Notes: generated by a model not told the origin, from the letters alone. Positions 1 to 8,175 are shown, numbered from the stretch's first letter. The stretch is 20,822 nt of DNA from a bacterium (GCA_043800755.1 JAZDMQ010000030.1:1-20822), one strand, 5' to 3'. Numbers and translations are program-made.

Positions 1-623
1 TCGTGATCATGTGCAACCATGCCGGGACTCACATAGATGCCCTGAACCACATCGGCGAACTGCGTGCGGACGGTAAAATCGCCATTTATGGCGGCAAGAC
101 CGCCGACCAGATCAAGGAGTGGTGGGGGATGAACTGGATGTCCGGCGCGGATATGGTCCCCATGGTTCTCCGGGGAGTGGTCCTCGACTTCTGCAAATAC
201 TTCGGCGAGGATCCGATGATGAGAGAGCTGACCGCGGCGGACATCCAGGGCTGCATGAAGGCTCAGGGGATCAAGGTGATGCCGGATCAGCCCACCGCTT
301 TTCTACTTCGCACCGGATGGATCAAGCCCTGGCTGAAGGGAAAACCGATTGATGGCGAGGGTGGACCCAACCTGGAGGCGCAGAAGTACATGAACTCCAT
401 CGGTGGGGTGGTCACTGGTGCGGACAGCGTTTCCTATGAGTGGATGCCCAATATCACCCATCCGGTCCACCGGTATATGTGCCTGAATGGATGGCTGATG
501 AACGAGCTCCTGAACCTGGAGGGGCCCGCTGCGGATGGCGTCTATGAGGGCGTCTATATCGCTCTGCCGCTGAAGATCCGAGGCACCTCGGGCTCCAACA
601 TCGACCCGATCCTGATCAACTAA
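1..623 (+). CDS. Cyclase-family (kynurenine formamidase-like) metal-dependent hydrolase, 5'-truncated by window
   Basis: HAGTHIDALNH matches the cyclase HxGTHxDxxxH motif; C-terminal ELLNLE...IALPLKIRGTSGS is typical of the family; ends TAA at 621-623. Confidence 0.85.
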   Translation, partial: VIMCNHAGTHIDALNHIGELRADGKIAIYGGKTADQIKEWWGMNWMSGADMVPMVLRGVVLDFCKYFGEDPMMRELTAADIQGCMKAQGIKVMPDQPTAFLLRTGWIKPWLKGKPIDGEGGPNLEAQKYMNSIGGVVTGADSVSYEWMPNITHPVHRYMCLNGWLMNELLNLEGPAADGVYEGVYIALPLKIRGTSGSNIDPILIN

Positions 624-641
624 AACTAGCCAAGGCTGGCG

Positions 642-676
642 AACCTCCCACCCGGATCCGGGTGGGAGGTTTTTTT
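642..676 (+). terminator. Intrinsic terminator after cyclase gene
   Basis: Perfect palindrome AACCTCCCACCCGGATCCGGGTGGGAGGTT (642-671) running into a T7 tract (670-676). Confidence 0.85.
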
Positions 677-704
677 ATTGTCCCTGGGGAGGAAGAAGAA
701 GATC

Positions 705-2501
705 ATGAGCATCAAAAAAACATTGGCCGCACTCTGGATGCTTTGTATGGTGATGCTTTGGAGTACCGCTGTTGGTGCGGAGCAGGCAACCGACCAGGGC
801 GAGGTCTCTTCATTACACCAACAAGGTCAAGAGCAATTAAAGGTCTATCATTTCCAGGAAGCCGAGGCCCTGTTCAAGAAGGCCTTAGAGAAGGAACCCA
901 CCCATTGCCCGAGTTTCATGGGCTTATTTCACCTCTACCTTTTGACAGAGGACCTGAAGAACCTCCACGAACTCATGGGCCACTCTTCCTCTCTGCAGGG
1001 TTGCACCGAGTCCGACCAGGATTATCTGGAGGGCATCAAGGCCGAGATGAAAGGCAAGCGGAACGAGGCCCTGGACCGATATGAGGCCATCGTCAAGCGA
1101 GATCCCTCCGATGCCAAGGCCCCAGCTTATGCGGCCTTGGTCTACCTGGGCTTGAAGCAGTACACCTCCGGCATCGAGGCCTGTCAGCAGGCGCTCCAGT
1201 CCGATCCGAAATTCTACTTGGCTCATAATGTGTTAGGCCGGATCTCCCAGGCCCAAGGGAATCTGGTGGGGGCCATGGCAGAATTCCAGAAGGCCCTGGA
1301 GGCCTTTCCGGACTATCCCTTTGGCCATGCCTCGTTGGGCGATGTCCTGCTGAAGAGGGACATGGGGGAGGAGGCCAAGGCCCACTTTCAAGAGGCAGAA
1401 CGGCTGGAGCCGAAGAATGGCGATCTTTTGGCCTACATGGGAAATGCCTTTCTGGATGCGGGCAAGAAAGAAGAGGCAATCCGCTATTATCAGAAATCCC
1501 TGGCGGTCAATCCTGAGAATGCCATAGTCCACTATTACCTGGCCCGGATTCACCTGGATTTGGGCAATGACGAAAAGGTGGAGGAGGAGGTAGAGGCCGC
1601 CCTTCGTTACGCCCCACAGCTGCAGGACATGTATGGCATGTTTGGATACATCTACCTGGAGCGAAACAAGCTATCCCTGGCGGAGAAATATCTCAAGAGG
1701 CAGGTCGGCTTCAATCCCGATGACCTCCAGGCCCGCAACGCCCTCTCCTGGGCCTATTTCTTCAAGGGAGACTACGATTCGGCGGAGGCTGAGGCCCGGG
1801 AGATGATCACCAGAAACCCTCAAATCATCAATGGCTACAGCAACCTGGGCCATGTCTTGATGGAGAAGGGTCAGTTCTCGCAGGCGATCGAACAGTTTCA
1901 GAAAGGGATTGCCATCCGGCCAGAGGTTCCCGAGCTGCACTCGGGTATGGCCCATGCCTTGCTTAAGAAGGGGAAGCTGGAGGAGGCGCAGGCCGCGGCC
2001 GAGCAGTCCTTGAAACTGAATTCCCAGGGCCTGGATTCCCATTTGACCCTGGGCCTGATCTTTGCGAGGAAGGGGGAATTCGATAAGGCGCAGGCAGAGT
2101 CAGAAACCCTCTCCCAGGCCAAGGAGGCGCCCCATCTTTCCCCTTACCTGTTGGGCCAGATTGCGCTGCAAAGAGGGGAGAACGAGAAGGCCATGGAGGC
2201 CTTTCGCAAGGCCAGAGAACTGTTTCCCACGATGTCGGCGGAGTACCTGAGGGGGGAAGCCCTGGCCTATTTGCAGAAGGGCTCCCCGGCTGAGGCGATT
2301 GCGGCCTCCCAGAAGGCCATCGACATGAATCCCCAGTTTGCTCTTGCCTATCGGGATTTGGGCGTGGCCTTTCTTGCGCGGGGGGACAAGAAAGGTGCCC
2401 GGGAGGCCCTCCAGAAGTTTCTTGAGCTGTGGAAAGGGGCCGATGAGGATAATTCCGAGGTAAAAGAAGCTAAGAGTCTCCTGAAGGAATTGGGATCGTG
2501 A
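705..2501 (+). CDS. Tetratricopeptide-repeat protein with N-terminal signal peptide
   Basis: ATG 705 after GGAGG; N-terminus MSIKKTLAALWMLCMVMLWSTAVGA is a Sec-type signal; many ~34-aa TPR units (e.g. AHNVLGRISQAQGNLVGAMAEFQKALEAFP). Confidence 0.9.
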   Translation: MSIKKTLAALWMLCMVMLWSTAVGAEQATDQGEVSSLHQQGQEQLKVYHFQEAEALFKKALEKEPTHCPSFMGLFHLYLLTEDLKNLHELMGHSSSLQGCTESDQDYLEGIKAEMKGKRNEALDRYEAIVKRDPSDAKAPAYAALVYLGLKQYTSGIEACQQALQSDPKFYLAHNVLGRISQAQGNLVGAMAEFQKALEAFPDYPFGHASLGDVLLKRDMGEEAKAHFQEAERLEPKNGDLLAYMGNAFLDAGKKEEAIRYYQKSLAVNPENAIVHYYLARIHLDLGNDEKVEEEVEAALRYAPQLQDMYGMFGYIYLERNKLSLAEKYLKRQVGFNPDDLQARNALSWAYFFKGDYDSAEAEAREMITRNPQIINGYSNLGHVLMEKGQFSQAIEQFQKGIAIRPEVPELHSGMAHALLKKGKLEEAQAAAEQSLKLNSQGLDSHLTLGLIFARKGEFDKAQAESETLSQAKEAPHLSPYLLGQIALQRGENEKAMEAFRKARELFPTMSAEYLRGEALAYLQKGSPAEAIAASQKAIDMNPQFALAYRDLGVAFLARGDKKGAREALQKFLELWKGADEDNSEVKEAKSLLKELGS

Positions 2502-2528
2502 AGGGCGGCAGAAGAGCGAGGGAGTTCG

Positions 2529-3551
2529 ATGAATAAAACCGACGATGCGACAATGAGGTGTGCAGTCTGGTATGGGGGGAGGGATATCCGGACGGAGGAG
2601 AGGCCGATCCCCACTCCCGGGCCGGAGGAGGTCTTGATTGAGGTGGCCTGCTGTGGGGTCTGCGGGACCGATGTCCACATCCTGGAGGGGAAGTTTCCCC
2701 TCTTCCAGCCCCCTCGGATCATTGGCCACGAGTATGCGGGCAGGGTGGTAGCCGCCGGGGAAAAGGTAACGAAGGTCAAGGTGGGGGATCGGGTGGTGGC
2801 AGAGCCGGGGAAGGTCTGCGGCTATTGCCATTTCTGCCGCAGCGGACAAGAAAATCTCTGCTTGAACCGCGTCCTACACCAGGGGGCCTTTACCGAATAT
2901 ACGGTCATGCCTCAACACCTGGTCTATCCCATCCCGGAGGCAATATCCTTTGAGGTGGCCTCTTTGACCGAGCCCCTGGCCTGCTGCCTGCACGCGGTGG
3001 ATTTGGCCCAAATCCCCTCCGGGGCGAGGGTGCTGGTCCTAGGCGGGGGGGCCGTCGGGCTGATGCTGGCCCAGCTTTCCCTTCGGTCCGGGGCGGCCAA
3101 GGTCCTGGTGAGCGAGCTCCAGCCCCACCGTCGGGATTTGGCGCGGCGGTTTGGGGCCATCGCCGTCGATCCCGCCTCCGAGGATCTGAAGGCCCGAGTT
3201 CTGGAGGAGACGGCAGGTCTGGGGCCAGAGGTGACCTTTGAGGCGATCGGGAGGCCTGCGCAGGTAGAGGAAGCCATCGGCCTCACCCAAAGAGGAGGGA
3301 CGGTGGTCATCGTGGGGGTGGCGGATCCGGAGGTGGAATTCAAGGCGAAGCCCTATCAGATCTTCGCCAAAGAATTGACCATCAAGGGCTCCTACATGCG
3401 GCCTTACACCTATCCTCGTGCGATCACCTGGCTTTCGCAATTGGATTTGGAGCCACTGGTTAAAATGGAATTTGGCCTGGAAGACACCTTGCTGGCCATC
3501 GATAGCCTCAAGATGGGCAAGGGAGTCAAGATACTGGTCAAGCCGAACTGA
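2529..3551 (+). CDS. Zinc-dependent medium-chain alcohol/polyol dehydrogenase (start may be ATG 2553)
   Basis: CGTD, GHEYAG, structural Zn CGYCHFCRSGQENLC and Rossmann GGGAVG motifs. Confidence 0.92.
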   Translation: MNKTDDATMRCAVWYGGRDIRTEERPIPTPGPEEVLIEVACCGVCGTDVHILEGKFPLFQPPRIIGHEYAGRVVAAGEKVTKVKVGDRVVAEPGKVCGYCHFCRSGQENLCLNRVLHQGAFTEYTVMPQHLVYPIPEAISFEVASLTEPLACCLHAVDLAQIPSGARVLVLGGGAVGLMLAQLSLRSGAAKVLVSELQPHRRDLARRFGAIAVDPASEDLKARVLEETAGLGPEVTFEAIGRPAQVEEAIGLTQRGGTVVIVGVADPEVEFKAKPYQIFAKELTIKGSYMRPYTYPRAITWLSQLDLEPLVKMEFGLEDTLLAIDSLKMGKGVKILVKPN

Positions 3552-3601
3552 GAATTGTCGAGGGCAATCAGGAGTAACAACCCGCAAAGGAGGACAAGAA
3601 A

Positions 3602-4489
3602 ATGGCTTTTACCCCCAAGGGCATTATACCCGCCATGGTCACCCCCCTGGACAAGAAAGAGAAGCTGAATGAGAAGGCATTGCGGCAGTTGACGAACTAC
3701 CTCATCCAGGGTGGAGTTCACGGGCTCTTTCCGGTGGGCAGTCAGGGAGAGTTCTTTGCCCTGGAATATGAGGAGAAGGTCAGGATTATGGAGATCGTGG
3801 CCGAAGAGGCCCGAGGGAGGGTGCCCGTTTACGCCGGAACGGGGGCTATCACCACCCGGGAGGCGATCCGCCTCACCCAGGCCGCGGAGTCCATGGGGAT
3901 CGACGCGGTCTCCATCATCACCCCCTTCTTCCTGGCCCCCACCCAGGACGAGCTTTACGATCACTATGCGGCAATCGCCAAGGCGACCAAGCTGCCTATC
4001 CTACTCTACAATAATCCCGGCCGAACCGGCGGAGTGAAGCTGTCGCCTGATCTAGTGGTGAAGCTTTCCCAGGTCAAGAACATCGTGGGGGTCAAGGACT
4101 CGAGTGGAGATATGACCGTTACCGCGGAGTACATCCGGCGCACGGATAAGAAATTCTCCGTACTCGCCGGGCGCGACACCATGATCTATTGCACCCTCTG
4201 CTATGGGGGGACGGGCTCCATTACCGCCACCGGGAACGTCTGCCCCCAGCTGGTGACTGAGATCTACGAGGCCTTTAAGCGGGGGGACCACAAGAAATCC
4301 CTGGAGGCTCAATATCAGTTGGCTCCCCTACGGGTCGCCTTTGATCTGGGTTCCTTCCCCGTCGTCATCAAAGAGGCATTGGAGATGATCGGCATCGCAG
4401 CCGGGCCATCGCGCGCTCCGGTGAAGGGATTGGCCAAGGAGAAGAAAGAAGAGTTGCGGAAGGTGCTGAAGGAGATGAAGCTCCTGTAG
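3602..4489 (+). CDS. DapA/NanA-family class I aldolase (dihydrodipicolinate synthase-like)
   Basis: GIIPAMVTP, GSQGEF, LYNNPGRT and Schiff-base Lys in GVKDSSGD; strong SD AAGGAGG. Confidence 0.9.
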   Translation: MAFTPKGIIPAMVTPLDKKEKLNEKALRQLTNYLIQGGVHGLFPVGSQGEFFALEYEEKVRIMEIVAEEARGRVPVYAGTGAITTREAIRLTQAAESMGIDAVSIITPFFLAPTQDELYDHYAAIAKATKLPILLYNNPGRTGGVKLSPDLVVKLSQVKNIVGVKDSSGDMTVTAEYIRRTDKKFSVLAGRDTMIYCTLCYGGTGSITATGNVCPQLVTEIYEAFKRGDHKKSLEAQYQLAPLRVAFDLGSFPVVIKEALEMIGIAAGPSRAPVKGLAKEKKEELRKVLKEMKLL

Positions 4490-4620
4490 CGCCCGCTACG
4501 CCTCAGGGCCCCTGTTCACCTTTCTATCGCCCTCTGCCCTTTTGTTTGAAAGGGCAGAGGAGGCCGGCCTTCCCCATTGGTATCCGGCAGCGGGAGCGGG
4601 AGTAGGAGGGGCATTTCCTC

Positions 4621-4649
4621 TTGACAAAGAGGAGGGGGATTCTTATATT
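4621..4649 (+). promoter_or_regulatory. Sigma70-type promoter for ferritin-like gene
   Basis: TTGACA (4621-4626), 17-bp spacer, TATATT (4644-4649). Confidence 0.75.
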
Positions 4650-4694
4650 GGCCTAGATTTGCTGGTATATAGGGTAAGTGAAGGAGGTGACCTC

Positions 4695-5231
4695 ATGGAA
4701 CCTTGGCAGCAGGAAAAGGCAATCGGTGTCTTACAGAAGGCGATCGCCATCGAGAAGGAGGGGCAGAGCTTTTATCAGAACTTGGCGAACCGAACCCAAA
4801 ATCCCCAGGGGAAGTCTATGTTCGAGTTCCTAGCGAAGGACGAACAATCCCATATTGAGAAGCTGCAGGCGGAGGTCGATTCGCTCAAGGGCGGGACCTG
4901 CGTCGATCCGGCCTCATTCGAGAAGGAGGATCAGCCTCGTAATCGGGAGTCCTTCTTCGCCAGAGCCAACGGGGAGATGATTCCCAAGATGAAGGGGGAT
5001 TTCACCGAATTGGATGCGGTGAAGGTGGCCCTGGATATGGAGAATAAGGGTTATGCCTTCTATGAAAAGACGGCCGCGGAGGCGGTCGATTCCATGGTGA
5101 AGGGGATTTTTCTATACCTGGTGGGGCAAGAGAAAGAACATCGGGAACTCTTGCACAACACCTTGGTTTTACTCGAGGCCCCTCTGGAGTGGTTTGGCAA
5201 GGAGGAGCGTCACATGTTCGACGGCGGCTAA
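4695..5231 (+). CDS. Ferritin-like / rubrerythrin-family diiron protein (no rubredoxin domain)
   Basis: SD AAGGAGGTGA then ATG 4695; two repeats of A..E...FY...L..ExxH (DEQSH, QEKEH). Confidence 0.88.
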   Translation: MEPWQQEKAIGVLQKAIAIEKEGQSFYQNLANRTQNPQGKSMFEFLAKDEQSHIEKLQAEVDSLKGGTCVDPASFEKEDQPRNRESFFARANGEMIPKMKGDFTELDAVKVALDMENKGYAFYEKTAAEAVDSMVKGIFLYLVGQEKEHRELLHNTLVLLEAPLEWFGKEERHMFDGG

Positions 5232-5247
5232 GTCGGCGGCGCTGGCG

Positions 5248-5299
5248 GAGTGACAGAAAAAGCGTCTGGAGGAGAACCCAGACGCTTTTTCTGTCACTC
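5248..5299. terminator. Bidirectional intrinsic terminator between convergent genes
   Basis: 22-bp perfect inverted repeat GAGTGACAGAAAAAGCGTCTGG (5248-5269) / CCAGACGCTTTTTCTGTCACTC (5278-5299), 8-nt loop, with A5/T5 tracts in the arms. Confidence 0.85.
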
Positions 5300-5769
5300 T
5301 ATTCCCCTTGCAGGGTAAGCTGGTGGCTGATCTCGATGCACCCGGAGACGCTCTGGGCGGCAGGGCAATAGGGCAGGTAGGCGTGGAAAGATTGCTGGGC
5401 GGCCTCCTCCTTGCCCTTGGGCAGCTTCAGGAAATAGTGCACCCGGATCTTGGTGATCTTAAGGAGCCCTCCCACATTCTCGATATCGCCCTCTATCTCG
5501 GCCCGATAGCGATCTTCCGGGGTATCGATCTGTTGTTTGGCCAGTACCCGGGCCAGTGTCCCCATCATTCAGCCGCCGGTTGCCGCCACGATGTAATCGA
5601 GGGTGGCGGGATGTTCCTCCTCCGGCTCCACCCCGTAGAACTTCTTGATTCCACCATGGACGCCAAAGTAGATCGGTTCAGAGAAGCCCTCGATTAGAGC
5701 CTTTCTCACCGTTCCCTTCGCCCGGGTGATGGAGATCTTTGAGGTATGAACCACTTTCCCCTTCGACAT
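5299..5769 (-). CDS. OsmC/Ohr-like protein, probable selenoprotein (in-frame TGA at 5571-5569 = Sec67); possible longer signal-peptide form from 5886
   Basis: Continuous frame MSKGKVVHTS...HPATLDYIVAATGG-TGA-MMGTLARVL...ITKIRVHY...YCPAAQSV; TGA occupies the OsmC first-Cys position (A..GC) and the second Cys (CP) is retained; SD AAGGAGG at 5780-5774. Confidence 0.85.
5538..5555 (-). promoter_or_regulatory. Candidate bacterial SECIS hairpin
   Basis: mRNA after UGA: AUGAUGGGGACAC-UGGCC-CG-GGUA-CU-GGCCA; stem starts at +14 and the G-initiated apical loop GGUA lies 20 nt after UGA. Confidence 0.65.
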
Positions 5770-5934
5770 TTGCCCTCCTTCCGTAAAGGTCGGTTCGCCA
5801 CTGCTGGCTTGACCAGGGGGGATGAGCGCAAGAAGCGTTAGGCCCAAGCCTGCGATCAAGGGTTTTTTCGCGGCCCATTTCATCATGAAGGGTCCCCTCC
5901 TTCCCCTCAATCACCAGTACCTTCAGATAGAAGA

Positions 5935-5963
5935 AGTTTAGCATACTCGTATTGCTTTGTTAA
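5935..5963 (-). promoter_or_regulatory. Sigma70-type promoter for OsmC-like gene
   Basis: On the minus strand: TTAACA, 17-bp spacer, extended -10 TGcTAAACT; lies upstream of both candidate start codons. Confidence 0.6.
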
Positions 5964-5976
5964 GTAGATTTTTGTC

Positions 5977-6036
5977 TTGACATGGGTGGGCAAATGAGAT
6001 AACTACTAAAGTAGTGACTATTCCCTCTGGTAGTGA
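5977..6036 (+). promoter_or_regulatory. Promoter and candidate operator for TrmB-family gene
   Basis: TTGACA at 5977-5982 (-10 ambiguous); palindrome ACTACT-AA-AGTAGT at 6002-6015; GTAGTGA direct repeat at 6011 and 6030. Confidence 0.5.
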
Positions 6037-6047
6037 GTTAAGGACCC

Positions 6048-6857
6048 ATGAATGACCTGATCGGGAAATTGGCGGAGTTGGGGTTCAGCGGATACGAAGC
6101 CAAGGTCTACCTGGTTCTGCTGCGCCAGAGTCCCTCTACCGGCTATGAGATCAGTAAAGCCTCAGGGGTTCCTACTTCAAAGATCTATGAGAATTTGCAG
6201 CGCCTGAAGAATAAAGGCCTCATCTTCAGCACGGAGGATAAGCCGGACCAGGCCAAGAAATATATCCCCATCGACCCCCAGGAGCTCTGCAGCCTACTTT
6301 CCCGCAAGATCAAGAGAAACCTGGATCAGGTTGCTGCGGCTCTGGCCAATAACGAGCCGCCCAAGGAGTCCTCTTATGTCTGGGCCATCTCCGGGCGGGA
6401 CGCCGTCCTGGCCAAAGGGGAGAACCTGATCCAACAGGCGAAGAAGACCGTGCTCCTCTCCGCCTGGGACGAAGATCTGGAGCCACTGCTGGACGCCTTG
6501 GAAAAGGCGGCAAAGCGCAAGGTGCGCATCGCCATTGTGAACTTCGGCTCTCTGCGACCCAGATTCGCCATGGTCTTTCCCCATCCCATTAAAGACACTA
6601 TCTACAACGAGAAGGGGGGCCGGGGGCTCACGATATGCGTGGATGCCCAGACCGTGTTGGAGAGCATCGTCGGTCCAGAGCTCCAGGGGCAGGGTGCCTG
6701 GAGCCGAAACCCGGCCTTCGTCACCGTGGCCGAGGATTATCTCAAGCACGATATCTATGTGATGAAAGTGATTAGTCGTTTCGACAAATTGCTCCGGAAG
6801 ACTTACGGGGAGGGATACGAGAAGTGGCGGGATATCTTTTCCGATGAGGTGAACTAA
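6048..6857 (+). CDS. TrmB-family transcriptional regulator
   Basis: N-terminal wHTH LGFSGYEAKVYLVLL...TGYEISKASGVPTSKIYENLQRL..KGL; C-terminal effector domain (LIQQAKKTVLLSAW). Confidence 0.92.
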   Translation: MNDLIGKLAELGFSGYEAKVYLVLLRQSPSTGYEISKASGVPTSKIYENLQRLKNKGLIFSTEDKPDQAKKYIPIDPQELCSLLSRKIKRNLDQVAAALANNEPPKESSYVWAISGRDAVLAKGENLIQQAKKTVLLSAWDEDLEPLLDALEKAAKRKVRIAIVNFGSLRPRFAMVFPHPIKDTIYNEKGGRGLTICVDAQTVLESIVGPELQGQGAWSRNPAFVTVAEDYLKHDIYVMKVISRFDKLLRKTYGEGYEKWRDIFSDEVN

Positions 6858-8060
6858 ATGGAATACGCTTGCCGCATCCAACACCTGAAAGGCTCGGCCA
6901 TTCGCGAGATGCTCAAGATGACCACGGATCGGGAGATCATTTCCTTCGGGGGAGGGTTGCCCGACGCCCGCCTGTTTCCCACCCAGACCCTAGCGGTCCT
7001 GGCAGAGAGAGTGGTCAGAGAACATGGGCAGACAGCGCTCCAGTACGCCCCCACCGAGGGGCTGCTTCCCTTAAGGGAGAAGGTCGCGGCGTTCCTGAGG
7101 GCTAAGGGCATTGAAGTGGGCGCTGACCACATCCTGATCACCCAGGGCTCGCAACAGGGCATCGACCTCCTCTCCAAGCTCTTCCTGGACCCGGGAACCC
7201 GCCTGCTGACAGAGGATCCGAGCTATCTAGGGGCCCTTCAAGCTTTTCGATTTTTCGAGGCAGATCTCTTGTCCGTGCCCGTGAATGGAGAGGGAATGGT
7301 TCTGACAGATCTGGTGGAGGTCCTGAAGAAAGGGCCCCGCCTGGTCTATCTGATGCCCAATTTTCAGAATCCCACTGGCATTCAGTATTCCCTGGAATCC
7401 CGTAAGGCGGTGGCCGAAGTGCTTCTCGATCAGGGAGTGGTGCTAGTGGAGGATGATCCCTACGGGGAGCTCATCTATGATGGCTTACCCCAGCCCTCCC
7501 TCTGGAGCTTCTACCCCGGGCCGTGCAAGGTCCATTTGGGCACTTTCTCCAAGACCATCGTACCTGGCCTGCGGGTGGCTTACCTGGTCTCTGACCCCGA
7601 GCTCATTCAGCGTCTGGCCCTGATCAAGCAGTCCTCGGACCTTCACACCAATTCCCTGGGACAATGGATCGTCAATGCCTTTCTGGAGGAGGGATTGCTC
7701 CCAGGCCACATCGAGCGGATCCAACAGTGCTATCGGAGGAAACGGGATATCATGGCTGCGGCCATCAGGGCGCATTTCCCCCCCTTCGCGCATTATGAGA
7801 CCCCAAGGGGAGGCATGTTCTTCTGGGTACGGATCCCTGCGAGCCTGGAAGCCATGCAGCTTCTGGAGGCCTGTCTGAACAAAGGGGTGGCGTTTGTCCT
7901 GGGTAACGACTTCTTCATCCAGCAGCCACGGCACCACCACTACCTTCGCCTCAACTTCACCTCGGCGGCGGAAGACAAGATCGAAAAGGGAATCGCGGTG
8001 ATTGGCGAGGAGATGGGAAGACTGGCGCCCCACCCTGAGGAAATTCCTGCCTTCCGCTAA
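6858..8060 (+). CDS. PLP-dependent aminotransferase class I/II (LysN/MocR-domain-like)
   Basis: SAIREML, ISFGGGLPD, PNFQNPTG, EDDPYGEL, GTFSKTIVPGLR (PLP Lys), LRLNF; ATG directly abuts the TrmB stop. Confidence 0.93.
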   Translation: MEYACRIQHLKGSAIREMLKMTTDREIISFGGGLPDARLFPTQTLAVLAERVVREHGQTALQYAPTEGLLPLREKVAAFLRAKGIEVGADHILITQGSQQGIDLLSKLFLDPGTRLLTEDPSYLGALQAFRFFEADLLSVPVNGEGMVLTDLVEVLKKGPRLVYLMPNFQNPTGIQYSLESRKAVAEVLLDQGVVLVEDDPYGELIYDGLPQPSLWSFYPGPCKVHLGTFSKTIVPGLRVAYLVSDPELIQRLALIKQSSDLHTNSLGQWIVNAFLEEGLLPGHIERIQQCYRRKRDIMAAAIRAHFPPFAHYETPRGGMFFWVRIPASLEAMQLLEACLNKGVAFVLGNDFFIQQPRHHHYLRLNFTSAAEDKIEKGIAVIGEEMGRLAPHPEEIPAFR

Positions 8061-8175
8061 ACCTCTTTTCCTGCCTGCGGGAGGTTTCTTCCTTACGCCT
8101 TCCAAGCCATTGGGCCCGGGCGGCTCAAGATGCCTCCTTAAGGGAAATCCGCTGGCCCGCGAGAAAAAAAATCCC

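Noticed and set aside
4542..4694. N-terminal extension of the ferritin-like ORF from TTG 4542
   Set aside because: The region contains the promoter, and a strong SD points to ATG 4695.
5569..5571. Genome-wide UGA reassignment (code 4 or 25)
   Set aside because: rpmI, rplT, zapA, ymdB and folD end at TGA at their normal lengths, and Trp is encoded by TGG throughout.
5299..5910. Two separate small genes or a nonsense pseudogene
   Set aside because: The stop is TGA exactly at the conserved Cys position, both halves are intact and in frame, and a SECIS-like hairpin follows.
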